A DNA stretch of 64,000 nucleotides from Hormiphora californensis. Its lineage: Eukaryota > Animalia > Ctenophora. Position 1 is the stretch's first letter; each line of letters begins with the position of its first letter. The position numbers and the translations under genes were made by a program. Where the stretch lies: contig CM035358.1 in assembly GCA_020137815.1 (NCBI GenBank), forward strand, positions 5,394,001-5,458,000, in the 5' to 3' direction. Below the pieces are notes generated by a model. It was not told the origin of the DNA. It worked only from the letters and a program-made list of their open reading frames with translations, and made no database searches. Shown here one piece after another: positions 14,733 through 27,976 of the stretch.

Positions 14733-14950
14733 CCCAAACTACTATGTCCCTTGCTGCGCGCGACCGGATTTTAGACGGCCATAGCTCCACCCCCTGATAA
14801 GATAGAGAGTTGAAATTTGTTTTGTAGGAAGATCATATCTGATATCGAGTTCTTCGTACAAAACAAATTTCAAGTCTCTATCTCATCAGGGAGTGGAGTT
14901 ATGACCGTGGGAAATTTCACAAAACCCGAGTGAGGGACATAGTAGTTTGG
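14733..14950. mobile_element. Short palindromic MITE
   Basis: cccaaactactatgtccct / agggacatagtagtttggg termini with internal inverted arms; no clear TSD. Confidence 0.65.
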
Positions 14951-15108
14951 GAAGTACTTTAGCTATAGCAGTGAACCAACGAGTGAAGCGGCAGGCCGGA
15001 GAGAAGGCTATTTTAGGACGTGTCCTTGAAAACATTGCGCCGCGCATCCAAAATGCTAACAACTCGATTTGGGTGTACTTTTTACAGGTGCGCGTCGTTG
15101 CGGCCTAC

Positions 15109-17176
15109 CTGACAACAGGATATCTGTAGAACCCGAATTGTGAAGTAGGTCACAAACTTTGCCGTGGTGATGAGGCTGATTAGAAGGTTGAACAGACAGT
15201 TGGTACTACTCTCTAACACCGACTTGAGGATCACCTAAGGGAGTGTGGGGTTTAGGGGAAAGGAAGCTCATCGCTTGTTAGAATGTGTCATTTCTATTCA
15301 ACAATTATGAATCACATACATCTGGTCAGATGTAATTCCTCAAAGCTTTAATAATCAATTAGTTAAATAAATAAAAAACAATTTTTAATTGGTTGATGTT
15401 TGCTTACCCATGATACTTGGGAGAGATCTTGGAGAGCAAAACTTAGTTCATTAAGATACACGCTGGTTTCCGATGTATAGAAACTCATAGGGAGGATAGC
15501 AGTGAAAAGTCGGCCAGCTAGTTTGCCCCAATCTAGGAAATACCCGCAGAACCTATAATAACAGGGGAGAAGAGGTTAGAAAGTAACAAAGTGAAAGTGA
15601 AACTAAAGCTCAAACTGAAAGTGAAACAAACACTAAAATTGAGACTGAAATTGAAACTAATGTAATAGTAGTTCAAGAAAAATGAAAAGATGCACTGTTT
15701 TGTGAAGTACTTGAGTACGTCAAGAAAGGATATATAATATTATATGCAACTTTTTAAACAGGCCTACCGACCCTTAAATTACATTATTTGTTATCTATCT
15801 AGGGTTAGCAAAGCTTAGTTAGATAAGATAAGTGACGTAAGCTTTAGATCAAACCGGTTTCAAGTGAAGATAACGGTCTCCAAGGTGCCCTGCAGAAATG
15901 CAGTACTGCACTGTGAACTACACTGTTATTATAAAGACAATAGGTACAGCAGTATCCGTGCTATATTAGCAATAATGCTTCATTAATCATTATCCCTTGA
16001 TTATACATAGTATAGTCACTAATTTAAATTATACAATCCTATTTGCTAGTTCCTACTGCAATGTATAATTTTGGGTACTATTGGTTACTAAATTTACATT
16101 GTATACCCAATTTATAATGTATATATACCCCATAATAAAACTACACATACCTGTATTGGTATAGCTGCACAGTAGGGTAGGACATGTTGCAGGGTGACAG
16201 TGCAATTAGCAAGGGTATCCAGACTGGTATCTATCACATGATAAAGGTTGTCCGAACAGTAGAAAATTACGTCATCTGTATATGACGTCACGCTCCAAAT
16301 TGAACCACCCAGCCATTGGGCACCCTGTAGTGAGATAGTGAGTTAGACCATTGGGCACCCTGTAGATGTATTGTGTAATATAAAAGAGGGATTGAGATCA
16401 AGTTAAATTCTAAAATAATCAGTAATATTTAGAGTTCAGACACTTTTGAGAGCTGTTAAAAACAAAATGAACACCAGGTAAAAAAGTGACGCACGAATGA
16501 AAACTAATATATTGACGTATATAGTACGGTGGTCAATAACGTATTGCTAGATGACGTATTATTGACTACCCTGCAGCACTGGTATACTGGCTATGTCAAA
16601 TATACAGGTATTACATTTTGAAACAGCGGGGGTTAATAACCGGCGGTTACAGGTTATATATATAATTATATACACGTGTCATGTATAAATGTATAAATGT
16701 ATAAATGTAATGTATAAATGTATAAATAAATGTATAAATGTACCTGTATAACAATAGGAGTGTAGAATATAAAGTATTGAAGGGCTATGTAGACATGTCC
16801 AGCGAGCCAGTTGAGAAGGGCTAGGAGCAAGAGTAGAAGGTTGTGAAGTATAATAAGAACGGCATTACTGACTATCTGGGCTGAAATAGAGAGGGAGGAG
16901 GGTTAGTTTGGGCATGTTTATGTATCAAGCAGTAAATATGTTGTGTACTGTGTATAACACAAATATTTTGTGAGATTCCTGATTCCTCAGAAAAAAGAGC
17001 CTAACTCTTACTGACAACAACAAATAATGAACACTTACTGGTGTTTGAACAAAACAAAGTGGCCCAAAGGACAAGAAGAGAGAACAGGAGACAAAACACA
17101 AAGTCTACATTTACAGACATTATAGAGAGAGAGAGAGGAGAGAGGGGAGAGAGATATAAAGATACAGTTTCTCTCT

Positions 17177-17261
<85 letters not shown>

Positions 17262-19463
17262 CCCTCTCTCTCTCTCTCTCTCTCTCTCCCCCCTCTCTCT
17301 CTTCCTCACCCACACAGTACGCCTACACACACATACACACTTACAGCCCCACGACTGATCCCTATCCTCCCCTCCGAGAGGTGATGGTGGACCGAGAAAC
17401 TTCATGGTATCGTTATAACAGTACTCTGTCAATAGATCCATTGACCTTATACCAGGTCGAAATAACTAAAATGGCACATACACAATGAGTTATGGGGCTA
17501 AAAGTCGAAAATTCGAAGAGAAAACTTTTTTTAAAACTGAGTCCACGGCGTGCCTGGTGAAACTTTAACACGACCTAGCATGCTACGGGAAACCACCACT
17601 TGTACGTGGTAGCTGAGGGTCTACAGAATGGCGCTACGGTGCGGGAAAAAACATTCCATTGCCTAAAATCTTTTTTTTTACTTTTATTTGATTTGGGTCA
17701 AAATTGGCTATATTAAACGTGGTCCCGAAAAATCCATAATGACTTAGCACACGAAATATGTCACCCCCACCTATTTTTGCACGTAGAATCGATTGCCGTT
17801 GAAGTCGAATCTCTAAAATGACTGTAAAATGGTCAAAAGTTGATTTTTTACCATTTTTTGGAGGTTTTTGGCCCCTAAACCATTGAAAACGTTGAGATAG
17901 GAATTTGAAACTAGTGCCAATCGTTAAAATGGTCATTTTTCTACTAAGAACCAAGTTTTCGTGTATATCCGATTTATGGTTAGATTTGGGCAAATTGTTG
18001 AAATCTGCCAACTAGGAGAACCGTAACTTGATTTTCTTGTTTTTTGGATTTTGGCATTTTTGACAAACTTCTGATTGAAATGGCCAGTCGGGACCATGTT
18101 TAAGTTGTTTATGGGACAATTTTTGACTAAAATCCAAGATTTCATGCCAATCCAATAACAGATCGTTGATTTATAGAAAATTTAAGTAGGCAAAACGGTC
18201 AAAATAACAACTTTTCTTGCTCATTTTGACCGTTTTGCCTACTTAAATTTTCTATAAATCAACGATCTGTTATTGGATTGGCATGAAATCTTGGATTTTA
18301 GTCGAAAATCGTCCCATAAACAACTTAAGCATGGTCCCGATTGACCATTTCAATCAGAAGTTTGTCAAAAATGCCAAAATCCAAAAAACAAGAAAATCAA
18401 GTTACGGTTCTCCTAGTTGGCAGATTTCAACAATTTGCCCAAATCTAACCATAAATCGGATATACACGAAAACTTGGTTCTTGGTAGAAAAATGACCATT
18501 TTAACGATTGGCACTAGTTTCAAATTCCTATCTCAACGTTTTCAATGGTTTAGGGGCCAAAAACCTCCAAAAAATGGTAAAAAATCAACTTTTGACCATT
18601 TTACAGTCATTTTAGAGATTCGACTTCAACGGCAATCGATTCTACGTGCAAAAATAGGTGGGGGTGACATATTTCGTGTGCTAAGTCATTATGGATTTTT
18701 CGGGACCACGTTTAATATAGCCAATTTTGACCCAAATCAAATAAAAGTAAAAAAAAAGATTTTAGGCAATGGAATTTTTTTCCCGCACCGTAGCGCCATT
18801 CTGTAGACCCTCAGCTACCACGTACAAGTGGTGGTTTCCCGTAGCATGCTAGGTCGTGTTAAAGTTTCACCAGGCACGCCGTGAGTCATTAACATTGTTT
18901 AGAACGAGGAAAGGGACATCTGGTGAAATTTCCAAGAAAAAAAGAGAGATAGACAGAGAGGCCTAGCAACTTGAAAGAACACAGCGGCCATGGAAGTAGG
19001 AATACCACTGCAAACTTTGCAGGGAGAGAGAGAGGGAGAGAGAGAGAGGGAGAGAGAGAGAGGGAGGGTGAGAGATAAGCAGTAGAGTTGGAGGGTTGCA
19101 AAACGAGGGGGGGGAACATGTTTCGTCATTGATTAGAAACAGAACGGAAATGGGTAAAAAATGAGCACAAGCTCCATTTCAAGGCCTCTAGGGCAAGATC
19201 GCCATGAGTAACGAAGCATGTACGGCATAAAATGAATAAATGCGCAACATATGTTAATGGATGACATGAGAACTCTGGGAATCAAAACAAGGAAGAGAGA
19301 GGGAGAGAGAGGAGGAGGAGGTGGAGGAGAGAGAGAGAGGGAGATCTCTCCGGAGAGAAAACTGAAATTAGGACATATAGGCCATGATACTGAACAACTG
19401 AATGGATTGCGCAAGTGGGTCGCAATTGAGTTGCATTACACACACACACACAGATAGTCAAGA

Positions 19464-19556
<93 letters not shown>

Positions 19557-20204
19557 GAGAGAATGTGTGAGAGACAGAGAGAGAAAGTTGAAAAAGTGTG
19601 GCTGAGAGAAATAGTAAAAGGTGGGAAATAAAGGAAAAGGTAGCAATATAAGGGAGACAAAATAAAATTTCGCAAGACGGCCTCCCGCCACGAAAAAGGG
19701 AGAACATATTGTCACACCTTCGTGTTTTAACATTGTGACGCTGCTGTGACAATCTGCAGCAAAAAAACTCAATTAGGTTCGACACTATAATCTTGTTGGA
19801 AAGAGTATCAAGTAGCAAGAGTCAAGGCCTAAATCTGCAGAACACTTGCACTCTTATCAGAGAGACAGAGAGGGAAGAGAGAGAGAAGGACCAGGAAATC
19901 AAATAGACTTTTATCAGTGCGTTTAATGCAATATGCTTCTCTTTATTTAGAAAGATAACTCCACTTCCGGTTTCATATCTTTTTATCGATGTTTTGGCCC
20001 TCTTTTTTCTCACAAGCAATTAGGACTTTATCCTCAGAAAATAAACACATGACATAAGGTAATAACGGTACAAGTTTTAGGGGCGGACAGGGGACTAGTT
20101 ATGAAACTAATATAACCAATAAGGATTTGAATTTAGTATATATCTCATAAAACTGCCATACGAGCAAATGAAGGAGAAGTGTCCTTTTATATGCAGGGAG
20201 AGAG

Positions 20205-20235
<31 letters not shown>

Positions 20236-20276
20236 GATAGAGAGAGCGAGAGAGAGAGAGAGAGAAAGAGAGAGAA

Positions 20277-20336
<60 letters not shown>

Positions 20337-20492
20337 GGAAAAGAAATCTCTAGAATGATGACTCAGCTCCCCCTCAGTTCTCAAGTAACGATCAAATTTA
20401 TAGCAGTAGAAAGAACAATCACGAAGGGGGACAGTACGGAAAAAGAGAGGGAACACGGCTCAAGACGGCTGCAGAGAGAGAGAGAGAGAGAG

Positions 20493-20571
<79 letters not shown>

Positions 20572-21126
20572 AAGAGAGACTAGACGAAAATAGCTATTCT
20601 ACAATGCCCTGATAGAAGCTTCCAGAGTTTCTAGATGTATGACGCAACACACGAAATATACATTTCACATATATTATGCAACAGAAGTTATAATGTGTGT
20701 ACACATGGGTAGAGGGGGGCTGATGTGTATTATAACAGGAAACGCTTCACAACTAAAGACAAACAAACACATGTGTAGAATAAACAAAACATACAATTTA
20801 GACACAACTGAAACACATTTATCAAAGCGATTTAAACGACACACAGGCAAATTTTGTTTAGCTAAACGGTTGAAGCAATTAACTACTAAACAACTGAATT
20901 TTGTGGTAAAAGAACGATGTGAAACTGTACTACAACTTCCCTTACTTCTCTTTACAATACTACTGCAAACGCTAGTAATTATATCAATAACTAGTTAACC
21001 AGTAATTAGTACTAATTATAATAAGTACTAATAATTATAGTACTTACCTGTACTAAGCAGCTGTAACCCAGGATCCGTTGAATTCCGATCTATCTCACTT
21101 ATCTCTGAACTAATACTATCATCCAT
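15109..21126 (-). CDS. Probable upstream exons of the RNF26-like gene (21126-21048, ~17467-17345, 16880-16744, ~16276-16151, 15552-15408, 15234-15109)
   Basis: Open hydrophobic GT-AG exons such as QIVSNAVLIILHNLLLLLLALLNWLAGHVYIALQYFIFYTPIVIQ and VILKSVLESSTNCLFNLLISLITTAKFVTYFTIRVLQISCCQ; 15552-15408, 15234-15109 and 6926 join in phase 0, and 17345 joins 16880 in phase 1; other junctions not phase-matched. Confidence 0.45.
17544..18883. mobile_element. Chapaev-like foldback element (CAC...GTG termini, 4-bp TSD)
   Basis: cacggcgtgcctggtgaaac / gtttcaccaggcacgccgtg; AGTC on both flanks; ~660-bp near-perfect arms with a spacer of ~20 bp. Confidence 0.85.
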
Positions 21127-21880
21127 ATCAACATTATTCGCTATAGAACATAGAGAGAGAGTTAGACACTGCTTGTTAGCGCCATAATATAATATGAGTT
21201 AGGATCAAAGAGATAGGAAATAATAACAGAAAACATGTGAGTGCTGGTTAACACAAAAAGCTAGAAATTTGTCGGATTTTATAAGTTGTCACCTCCTTTC
21301 TCGTGCGCCTCACAAATTGATAAATTTCAGAAAATATCACACGAGAACGTGAGTTTAGGGGTGACAACTAAAAAATCCGATTGTTTGTACAGTGCTAAAA
21401 TGATGGTTGATTCACCGAAACACATTGAACCCATTCCCAAATTCATAAATCAATTCTTTAGACAGAAAAAAAGAGCAAATATAACCACACAACGCAAAAC
21501 TAAAGCACGGAAAGAACACGCAGTCTCTCTCTCTTTATATTTCTCTCTCTTTGTTTTCTCCTTTCATTAAATCTCTTTCTCTATTTCTCGTCCCAGTGTT
21601 TGTTGGTGTTTGTTATATTTGGCGTTGAGCCACAAAAAACGGGGCCGGGCATTGAATAATAAAAAGAGCATACGCATATATTTTTCCTCTCTGTAAGCTA
21701 GAGAGAAACAGAGAGAAGGGAGAGAGAGGGAGATAGAGATTGAGAGATAGAGAGAGGGGGAAGCTAAAGAAGGGAGCTTCTATTCCTCATTGTTGTTAGG
21801 TGCCGTACTCCTTCGTCGCAATGAATTCTCCGGCTCGCCTTCACTCTGTGCGGGAGTAGCCTCTGAAAAGGAGAGTGTGT

Positions 21881-21976
<96 letters not shown>

Positions 21977-22031
21977 AGTGAAGAGAGAAGAGAGAGGGAG
22001 AGAGGAGAGAGAGATGAGAGAGAGAGACGGA

Positions 22032-22067
<36 letters not shown>

Positions 22068-22314
22068 CACTTTAAAACAACCAACTAGGTGACAAAAACC
22101 AAGCTATCAACAGTTCAATTGTGGAGACAAATACTTTCGAAGAAGGTTAATTCGGCAAGGTAAATCGGCAAGAATTCCAAAATATAAACAAGATACAAGC
22201 CCTTACATAAAACTCTAAATGCCCAAAAAAGGTCAAAATATGACTACCATATATGGTAGTAACCACTTACCGGTAGTCTGCTGTGCAACACCAGAACCAC
22301 CCGGCTGTGTATCA

Positions 22315-25300
22315 TCACTCTTTCTCTGCTGCACCAGAACCCAGACGAGCCAATCTCTGTTCTCTCATCTGCTCCCGGGCCCGCTCTCCTGCCTGGAAAT
22401 CTGATTCGTTGATAAGGTTCCACTCTCGGAGTAGGGTATCTCTGTTCCTCTCCAGCGCTTCCTCATCTGGAGGGGGGTATTTGAATAGCTAGTACCATTT
22501 TGAGAGTGTAAAGGGAACAACTTGATCAGGGGAGTAGCAGGGGTGTAGGGACTCGACCCGAGGGAGGGTCTAAAGTTTGGTGGGCCATAAGAAAACTTTC
22601 CCAATATCTTGGTTACGAATTGCACGTGAGCTTACATGTACAGGGGTAATTTCATTACCAAAAAACTATCATTGATTCTTACATTCTTCCTTAGATCCAA
22701 ACACCATTTCTTTCCCATCCACGGTGACTTTATAGGGCTGTTGCGATGAGGAGCTGTCTTCGTCTCCTATCTCTGAGGCCTGGGCGTCTGTTGAGGTAGA
22801 TGTTGGGGCACCTGGGGTGGATTTGTTGGAGCTACCCACAACTTATAATATATACAATATGTTTAATGAAGTTTAGGTTTCCAAATACATGAACCTAAAC
22901 TATAAAGCTGTAACGGTAGGAGGAACGGTAGTGGTAGTCAGGTCGATCAAAATTGGGAGCTAATAGTTCGATCTGACTAATAGGTATTTAATAGTACCTG
23001 GAGTAGTAGCAGGTGTACCTCCACCACCATCGGCGCCAGTAGTAGTTGGTGGGGGTGGTTGTGACAGGTTCGGGATATGAAGTGGACCCGCTACACTGTG
23101 GTACAACTGCATCTGACCCTGGATCGCCTCCATCAACATCTGAAATACGTGTTACCATGGTTACACGGCATGCAACGTTACCAATTATACCATATATATG
23201 GTAATGACGTGTCAATATACCTGGATATTGCGAAGTATGACAAGTCTGTTCTCTACTGCCTGTCTGGTTCTACCCTCGAACACCAGGAGTTCCTCATCGC
23301 TCAGCGTGTGGAGTGATACGGGAGGGGGTGGCATCGCAAATGCTGCCATATTAGGTGATACCCCTGAGCTTGTTGGGATGAATATCCGGGGTCGAGATGA
23401 GGAGGTACCACTGCCAGGGGGTCTGTTATCTGCCCCTCCTCCTCCTCCTCCACCACCCAGGTTGGGTTGGTTGTTATTGATCCAGGTGAAGATTGGAGGT
23501 GGTGGTCCAGGCTGACCTGGTGGACCTGGGGGAGAGGGGTGTTATGACCAAATAAGGACATCACGTGACTGCTAAATATCACGTACCAAACAACACGTGA
23601 CTAATACCAAACAACACGTGACATTTCTTAATAGCACGTGACTATTTCTTAAGGCCAGAGGGGGGGGGGTCGACGGGTTTTTTGGGGTGTTTTTTGAGGT
23701 ATACGTTATATGAAAGCGCTGGGCAAGGCGGATCGATTAGAACAGACGTCATCGATGTTGCGTGCACCGTTTGGTCAAAATTTGGGGGTTAACATTTGGC
23801 ATATAATGGATGTTAACCCCTATAAATCAGGATTGGTGGGGTCTAGAACATCCATCATTGTACCAAAGGCTTCGTCTTGTCTTGATACAACTTCCTGAAA
23901 AGTTTTATGTCGTTACTCCAACTACTTCTTGATTTTTTGGGGGTTTACAAAATATGCGGAAAAAGCCCTTTTTGCCTCTAATTTTGATCTTTTTTGGGAC
24001 ATCCTGCCTCACTTCCTGAAATAACGGCTAGGACTCAGACCTTGCCGTTTGGCATAGTTGTTCTAGAGACCGTGTTCTTCAAATTTGGTGTAGCGATTTT
24101 TGATTAAGGCCCCCGTTCAAAAATTATAGGGGTTAACATTTGTTTTGTCCATGAAAATTTTATGTAAACCCCTATAAATTTTGAACGGGGGCCTTAATCA
24201 AAAATCGCTACACCAAATTTGAAGAACACGGTCTCTAGAACAACTATGCCAAACGGCAAGGTCTGAGTCCTAGCCGTTATTTCAGGAAGTGAGGCAGGAT
24301 GTCCCAAAAAAGAGCAAAATAAGAGGCAAAAAGGGCTTTTTCCGCATATTTTGTAAACCCCCAAAAAATCAAGAAGTAGTTGGAGTAACGACATAAAACT
24401 TTTCAGGAAGTTGTATCAAGACAAGACGAAGCCTTTGGTACAATGATGGATGTTCTAGACCCCACCAATCCTGATTTATAGGGGTTAACATCCATTATAT
24501 GCCAAATGTTAACCCCCAAATTTTGACCAAACGGTGCACGCAACATCGATGACGTCTGTTCTAATCGATCCGCCTTGCCCAGCGCTTTCATATAACGTAT
24601 ACCTCAAAAAACACCCCAAAAAACCCGTCGACCCCCCCCCCCTCTGGCCTTAATATCACGTGACTTACCCTGTCCCCCAGCCCCTCCTCCTCCAGGAGGC
24701 TGATCAGGAGCGCGTTGTTGCTGCTGGCGTTGTTGCTGTTGCTGCCTTTGTTGCTGTTGCTGTTGCAGGATATCAATTCGGCAGGTCGGGCAGGTCTGTT
24801 GCCGTAGCAACCAACTCCGCAAACATTCCAAGTGGAAAATGTGGCCACATGGTAGTTTCTTAGCGGTAACCATTTCCTGTGAGAGAGGAAATGGTGATGA
24901 TGAGTTTAAAATCGGATAATATGATGTAGGTACCTGGAAGACCCCCATCCCTAGCAAGAACTAGCACGAGAGACATCGTGAGAGAGTACAAAACAGGAGG
25001 TAGGAGATTTATCATTTGACATTTACTGATTTATCACTGATTTAGATGGAAGGAGCAGTGGTTGTTTGTACATATTTGAATGTGTGACTGACAGTTAACA
25101 CATCCATATATTCAGAGAGAATATATAAGCCGACTAGTTTATACATACAATCTTTTATACACTACACACCGCCTTTTCTTTATTCTCTCTATCTTTTTAT
25201 TTCTCTCTCTCTCGCTCTCTCTCTCTCTCACGCAACCTCTTTATGAAATGATACATGTTGGTATCGAGCTCGTATTTGTATGTTCGTTTGTTCTCAAGTA

Positions 25301-26934
25301 TTATAATATGTGGGCATGGCTTGACCTAACGATATAAATGATAAATGATCGCTCTCTCTTTTTTTAAAGCTCACTTTCTCTTAGACCGTGACTTGCTTTA
25401 TAAAATGGCTTAACAGTCGTACATCAAGTATCGGAGATTTATTCTAAAATATAATCACTCTCCCTCAGCACGCACTGAGGTAGTTAAGAAGTTCAGTAAT
25501 CAGTTTAATCGTCCTCCCCACGACTTGATCCCCCCACGACTTGATATATTTTAGGATACTATTCCCTGATCTCTCTCTATGAAACAAAAAGTGTGCCTAA
25601 CCCAAGTCACGCTTTACCCCTTACCTCTCTGCAGATGATACAGGTATTATCTCCGCTGGCTATCTCTTCGGGGGTCGCATCAGGATATAATTCACGCATG
25701 TTGTGGGTAGCCTTCCTACTCTTTACAACGTCTACCAGCGTCTTTTGGAACTGGAAGCAAGGATCAGAAATATAGTGATCAGAAACATAATGATTCGAAC
25801 TATAAAAAAAAAAAAAAGATTATGATTGGAACTAATATAAATAATAAAAAATAGATTTGTTATTATTGATCTTTAAATGAGTTCTTGAATTCTTGATCTT
25901 AAAATGAGTTGTACCTCTCGTAGGGCGTTGTACATGGGTCGAACAACAAAGAGGGGGAAGGTATGAACACGGATCATTATCGTTACAAACATCGCATACA
26001 TCAGGACCTGAAAATATGGGGGTATTACAGTATTGGGAGATATGTAGTTAGAATGTTTCAAAATGTTCCGAGATAGAGGAACTCTACAATCGTTACCTTG
26101 ATCGCTCCAATAAACAGTTCAGTGTAGAGCAGATAAATAGTTTTGTTAGCCCATTGATTCTCGTGCCGCAGGTCGATAAGGTGGAGAATATACTTCACTA
26201 GAATGGTAGTCACCAGTAGAATCAGGACCACATATTCAAATCCAAATACCAAGTGAACTGTGGCTCCCCGCTGTAGCGTCACGTGAGCTAAGGAAGAATT
26301 TTAAATTGGGGGCAACCCTAAATGAGAGCAAAAATTTAAACAGACTGTTTCATCCAGTAAACGACATTTGTTAAAAAATTTAGTTACCTGCATAAGAGAG
26401 TAGGAAACCATCACAAATTGCCAGAATTCCCATCAGAGTAAGAGCTCTAAAGTGGAATAGGAATCCTAGAATTGGACTTCGTTCCATGAAGTCAATCCTA
26501 TCTTCCAGTAACCAGTGGAACGCTTTAAGGAAGAGCAAGAGGGCGAACTGTGCCACAAACGTGGGACTAAGATCATCTCGGAATACTGTGAAGGCAAGAC
26601 AGGTTTCTGTAAGTGCATACCAGCTCCTCTCGATCAGATGTTCAGTTTCCGCCGTCCTTAGGGTACCGAAAAACAACTTCCTGCGGGGAAGATATCAGTC
26701 TCACAATACACCAGGGGAATTATTTCAACCAATTGGTATTAAAACAAACCTGAATATGTGTGCAAACAAGTAGACAAGTGCGAAAGCCTGGATGTAGAAG
26801 ACGGCCATGCAGGATGAGCTCTTGCTGATGTGCACCACAGTCGGGTAAAATTGGGGTTTTTGTTGCCATACTGTGTAAACCACTCCAGCAGCTGCTAGAG
26901 ATGCCCCGGCAGCGACCAGCGCTGCTCTATCCAT
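22315..26934 (-). CDS. SYVN1: E3 ubiquitin ligase HRD1/synoviolin (ERAD), multi-exon
   Basis: [56 protein letters not shown]2 CIICREEM...[39 protein letters not shown] motif, C-terminal REQRLARLG; GT-AG exons 26934-26750, 26680-26388, 26287-26097 etc.; stop at 22315-22317. Confidence 0.95.
23653..24649. mobile_element. Kolobok-like foldback element (GG...CC termini, TTAA TSD) in an HRD1 intron
   Basis: TTAA at 23649-23652 and 24650-24653; ggccagagggggg / cccccctctggcc; near-perfect ~1-kb palindrome. Confidence 0.85.
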
Positions 26935-27385
26935 CCCACCAATCGTAAAATCGTTTCTTGAAGACGTTCAGAAAAAGTTTGTTGAAATAATTTCGAAAAT
27001 TTCGAAAGTTTTTTGGGCATTTCGGTTTGGATTTTCGGGTGAAATTTTGTGCGCGGCACAAACTTTTGATTTGAGCGTTCCGATTTTAGCACGCGCACCA
27101 GTTGAACCAATGTCGTCCACAAAAGTCGCGTTGGATGAAACATCGCGTTATTTGATAAAGCGATGCCGTGATTGGTGGGAACAGAACCCTCTGACCACCA
27201 TGTGATTTCTAGGAGTTCTTAATTTTGCTCTCCTTGCAATTTGATTTGTGAGTGTGCGTACATGCCCTTGCTAGTGATCTCTCTCTCTAATTATCTCTCT
27301 CTATGTGCGATCTGGGCCATCTGCCATATGTCAAACAGTGTACACACAAAGTTAATCAGCTCCAATTATCCCCCACTTTAGTGCT
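26935..27385. promoter_or_regulatory. Probable bidirectional promoter between HRD1 and the IER-like gene
   Basis: Head-to-head start codons 451 bp apart; CCAAT near 27107 and ATTGG at 27171. Confidence 0.45.
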
Positions 27386-27976
27386 ATGAATACATATGAC
27401 ATGCTCTACCCCTCTCCCTCGCCGTCCCTCAAGGAAGCAGAGCGACTCATGAACATCTCCCTGACCAAGATCAACTTCGCCTCCCAACACGACCTCCCTC
27501 TCCGACGTTCCCTTCTCATAGCCTCAGTGTTGAATCGTGCCCAGCGGGCGGCTGCAGACGCCATAGCGTCCCTGGACTGTACAGTTGCACATCACCACCA
27601 GCGAGCTGTTGAAAACAGTGGCTTGGTAACAGTAAACTCTGATATGGAAATGCACATTCTTGGAAATGATCTCCTGTCAGAAATCTTGTGTGACCGACCG
27701 GGAGAGTTTTATGGGGCGGAGGAGTGTGGTGATAACTTGAGGAAGCGACCCCGAGATTTACCCGTACCCGCCCGAACAACATCAACAACATCTCCCCTCC
27801 CTTCTCCTACCTGCAGTACTTCAAGTAGTAGTGTTAGTGGGATGAGTGAGTTACATGACAGTAAGCGGCTCAAGGAGGATGGTGACGAATGGCCTGGTGC
27901 CAGCAGTAGTTCAGCCCCGGTATACAGCGATCTATGGGCTCTGGGTAATATATGGACTACTCCTGTCATGTGTTAA
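27386..27976 (+). CDS. Intronless immediate-early-response (IER2/IER5)/SERTA-like protein, 196 aa
   Basis: N-terminal EAERLMNISLTKI...LRRSLLIASVLNRAQ matches the IER/SERTA helical motif; low-complexity S/T/P middle; RKRPR NLS-like motif; single exon as in IER genes. Confidence 0.75.
   Translation: MNTYDMLYPSPSPSLKEAERLMNISLTKINFASQHDLPLRRSLLIASVLNRAQRAAADAIASLDCTVAHHHQRAVENSGLVTVNSDMEMHILGNDLLSEILCDRPGEFYGAEECGDNLRKRPRDLPVPARTTSTTSPLPSPTCSTSSSSVSGMSELHDSKRLKEDGDEWPGASSSSAPVYSDLWALGNIWTTPVMC

Noticed and set aside
17634-18806. Identical ORF pairs on opposite strands (also 9375/11552 and 23710/24403)
   Set aside because: Consequence of foldback arms; no transposase motifs
26935-27385. ERSE/UPRE element for HRD1
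   Set aside because: CCAAT boxes are present, but there is no CCAAT-N9-CCACG, ATTGG-N-CCACG or TGACGTGG match
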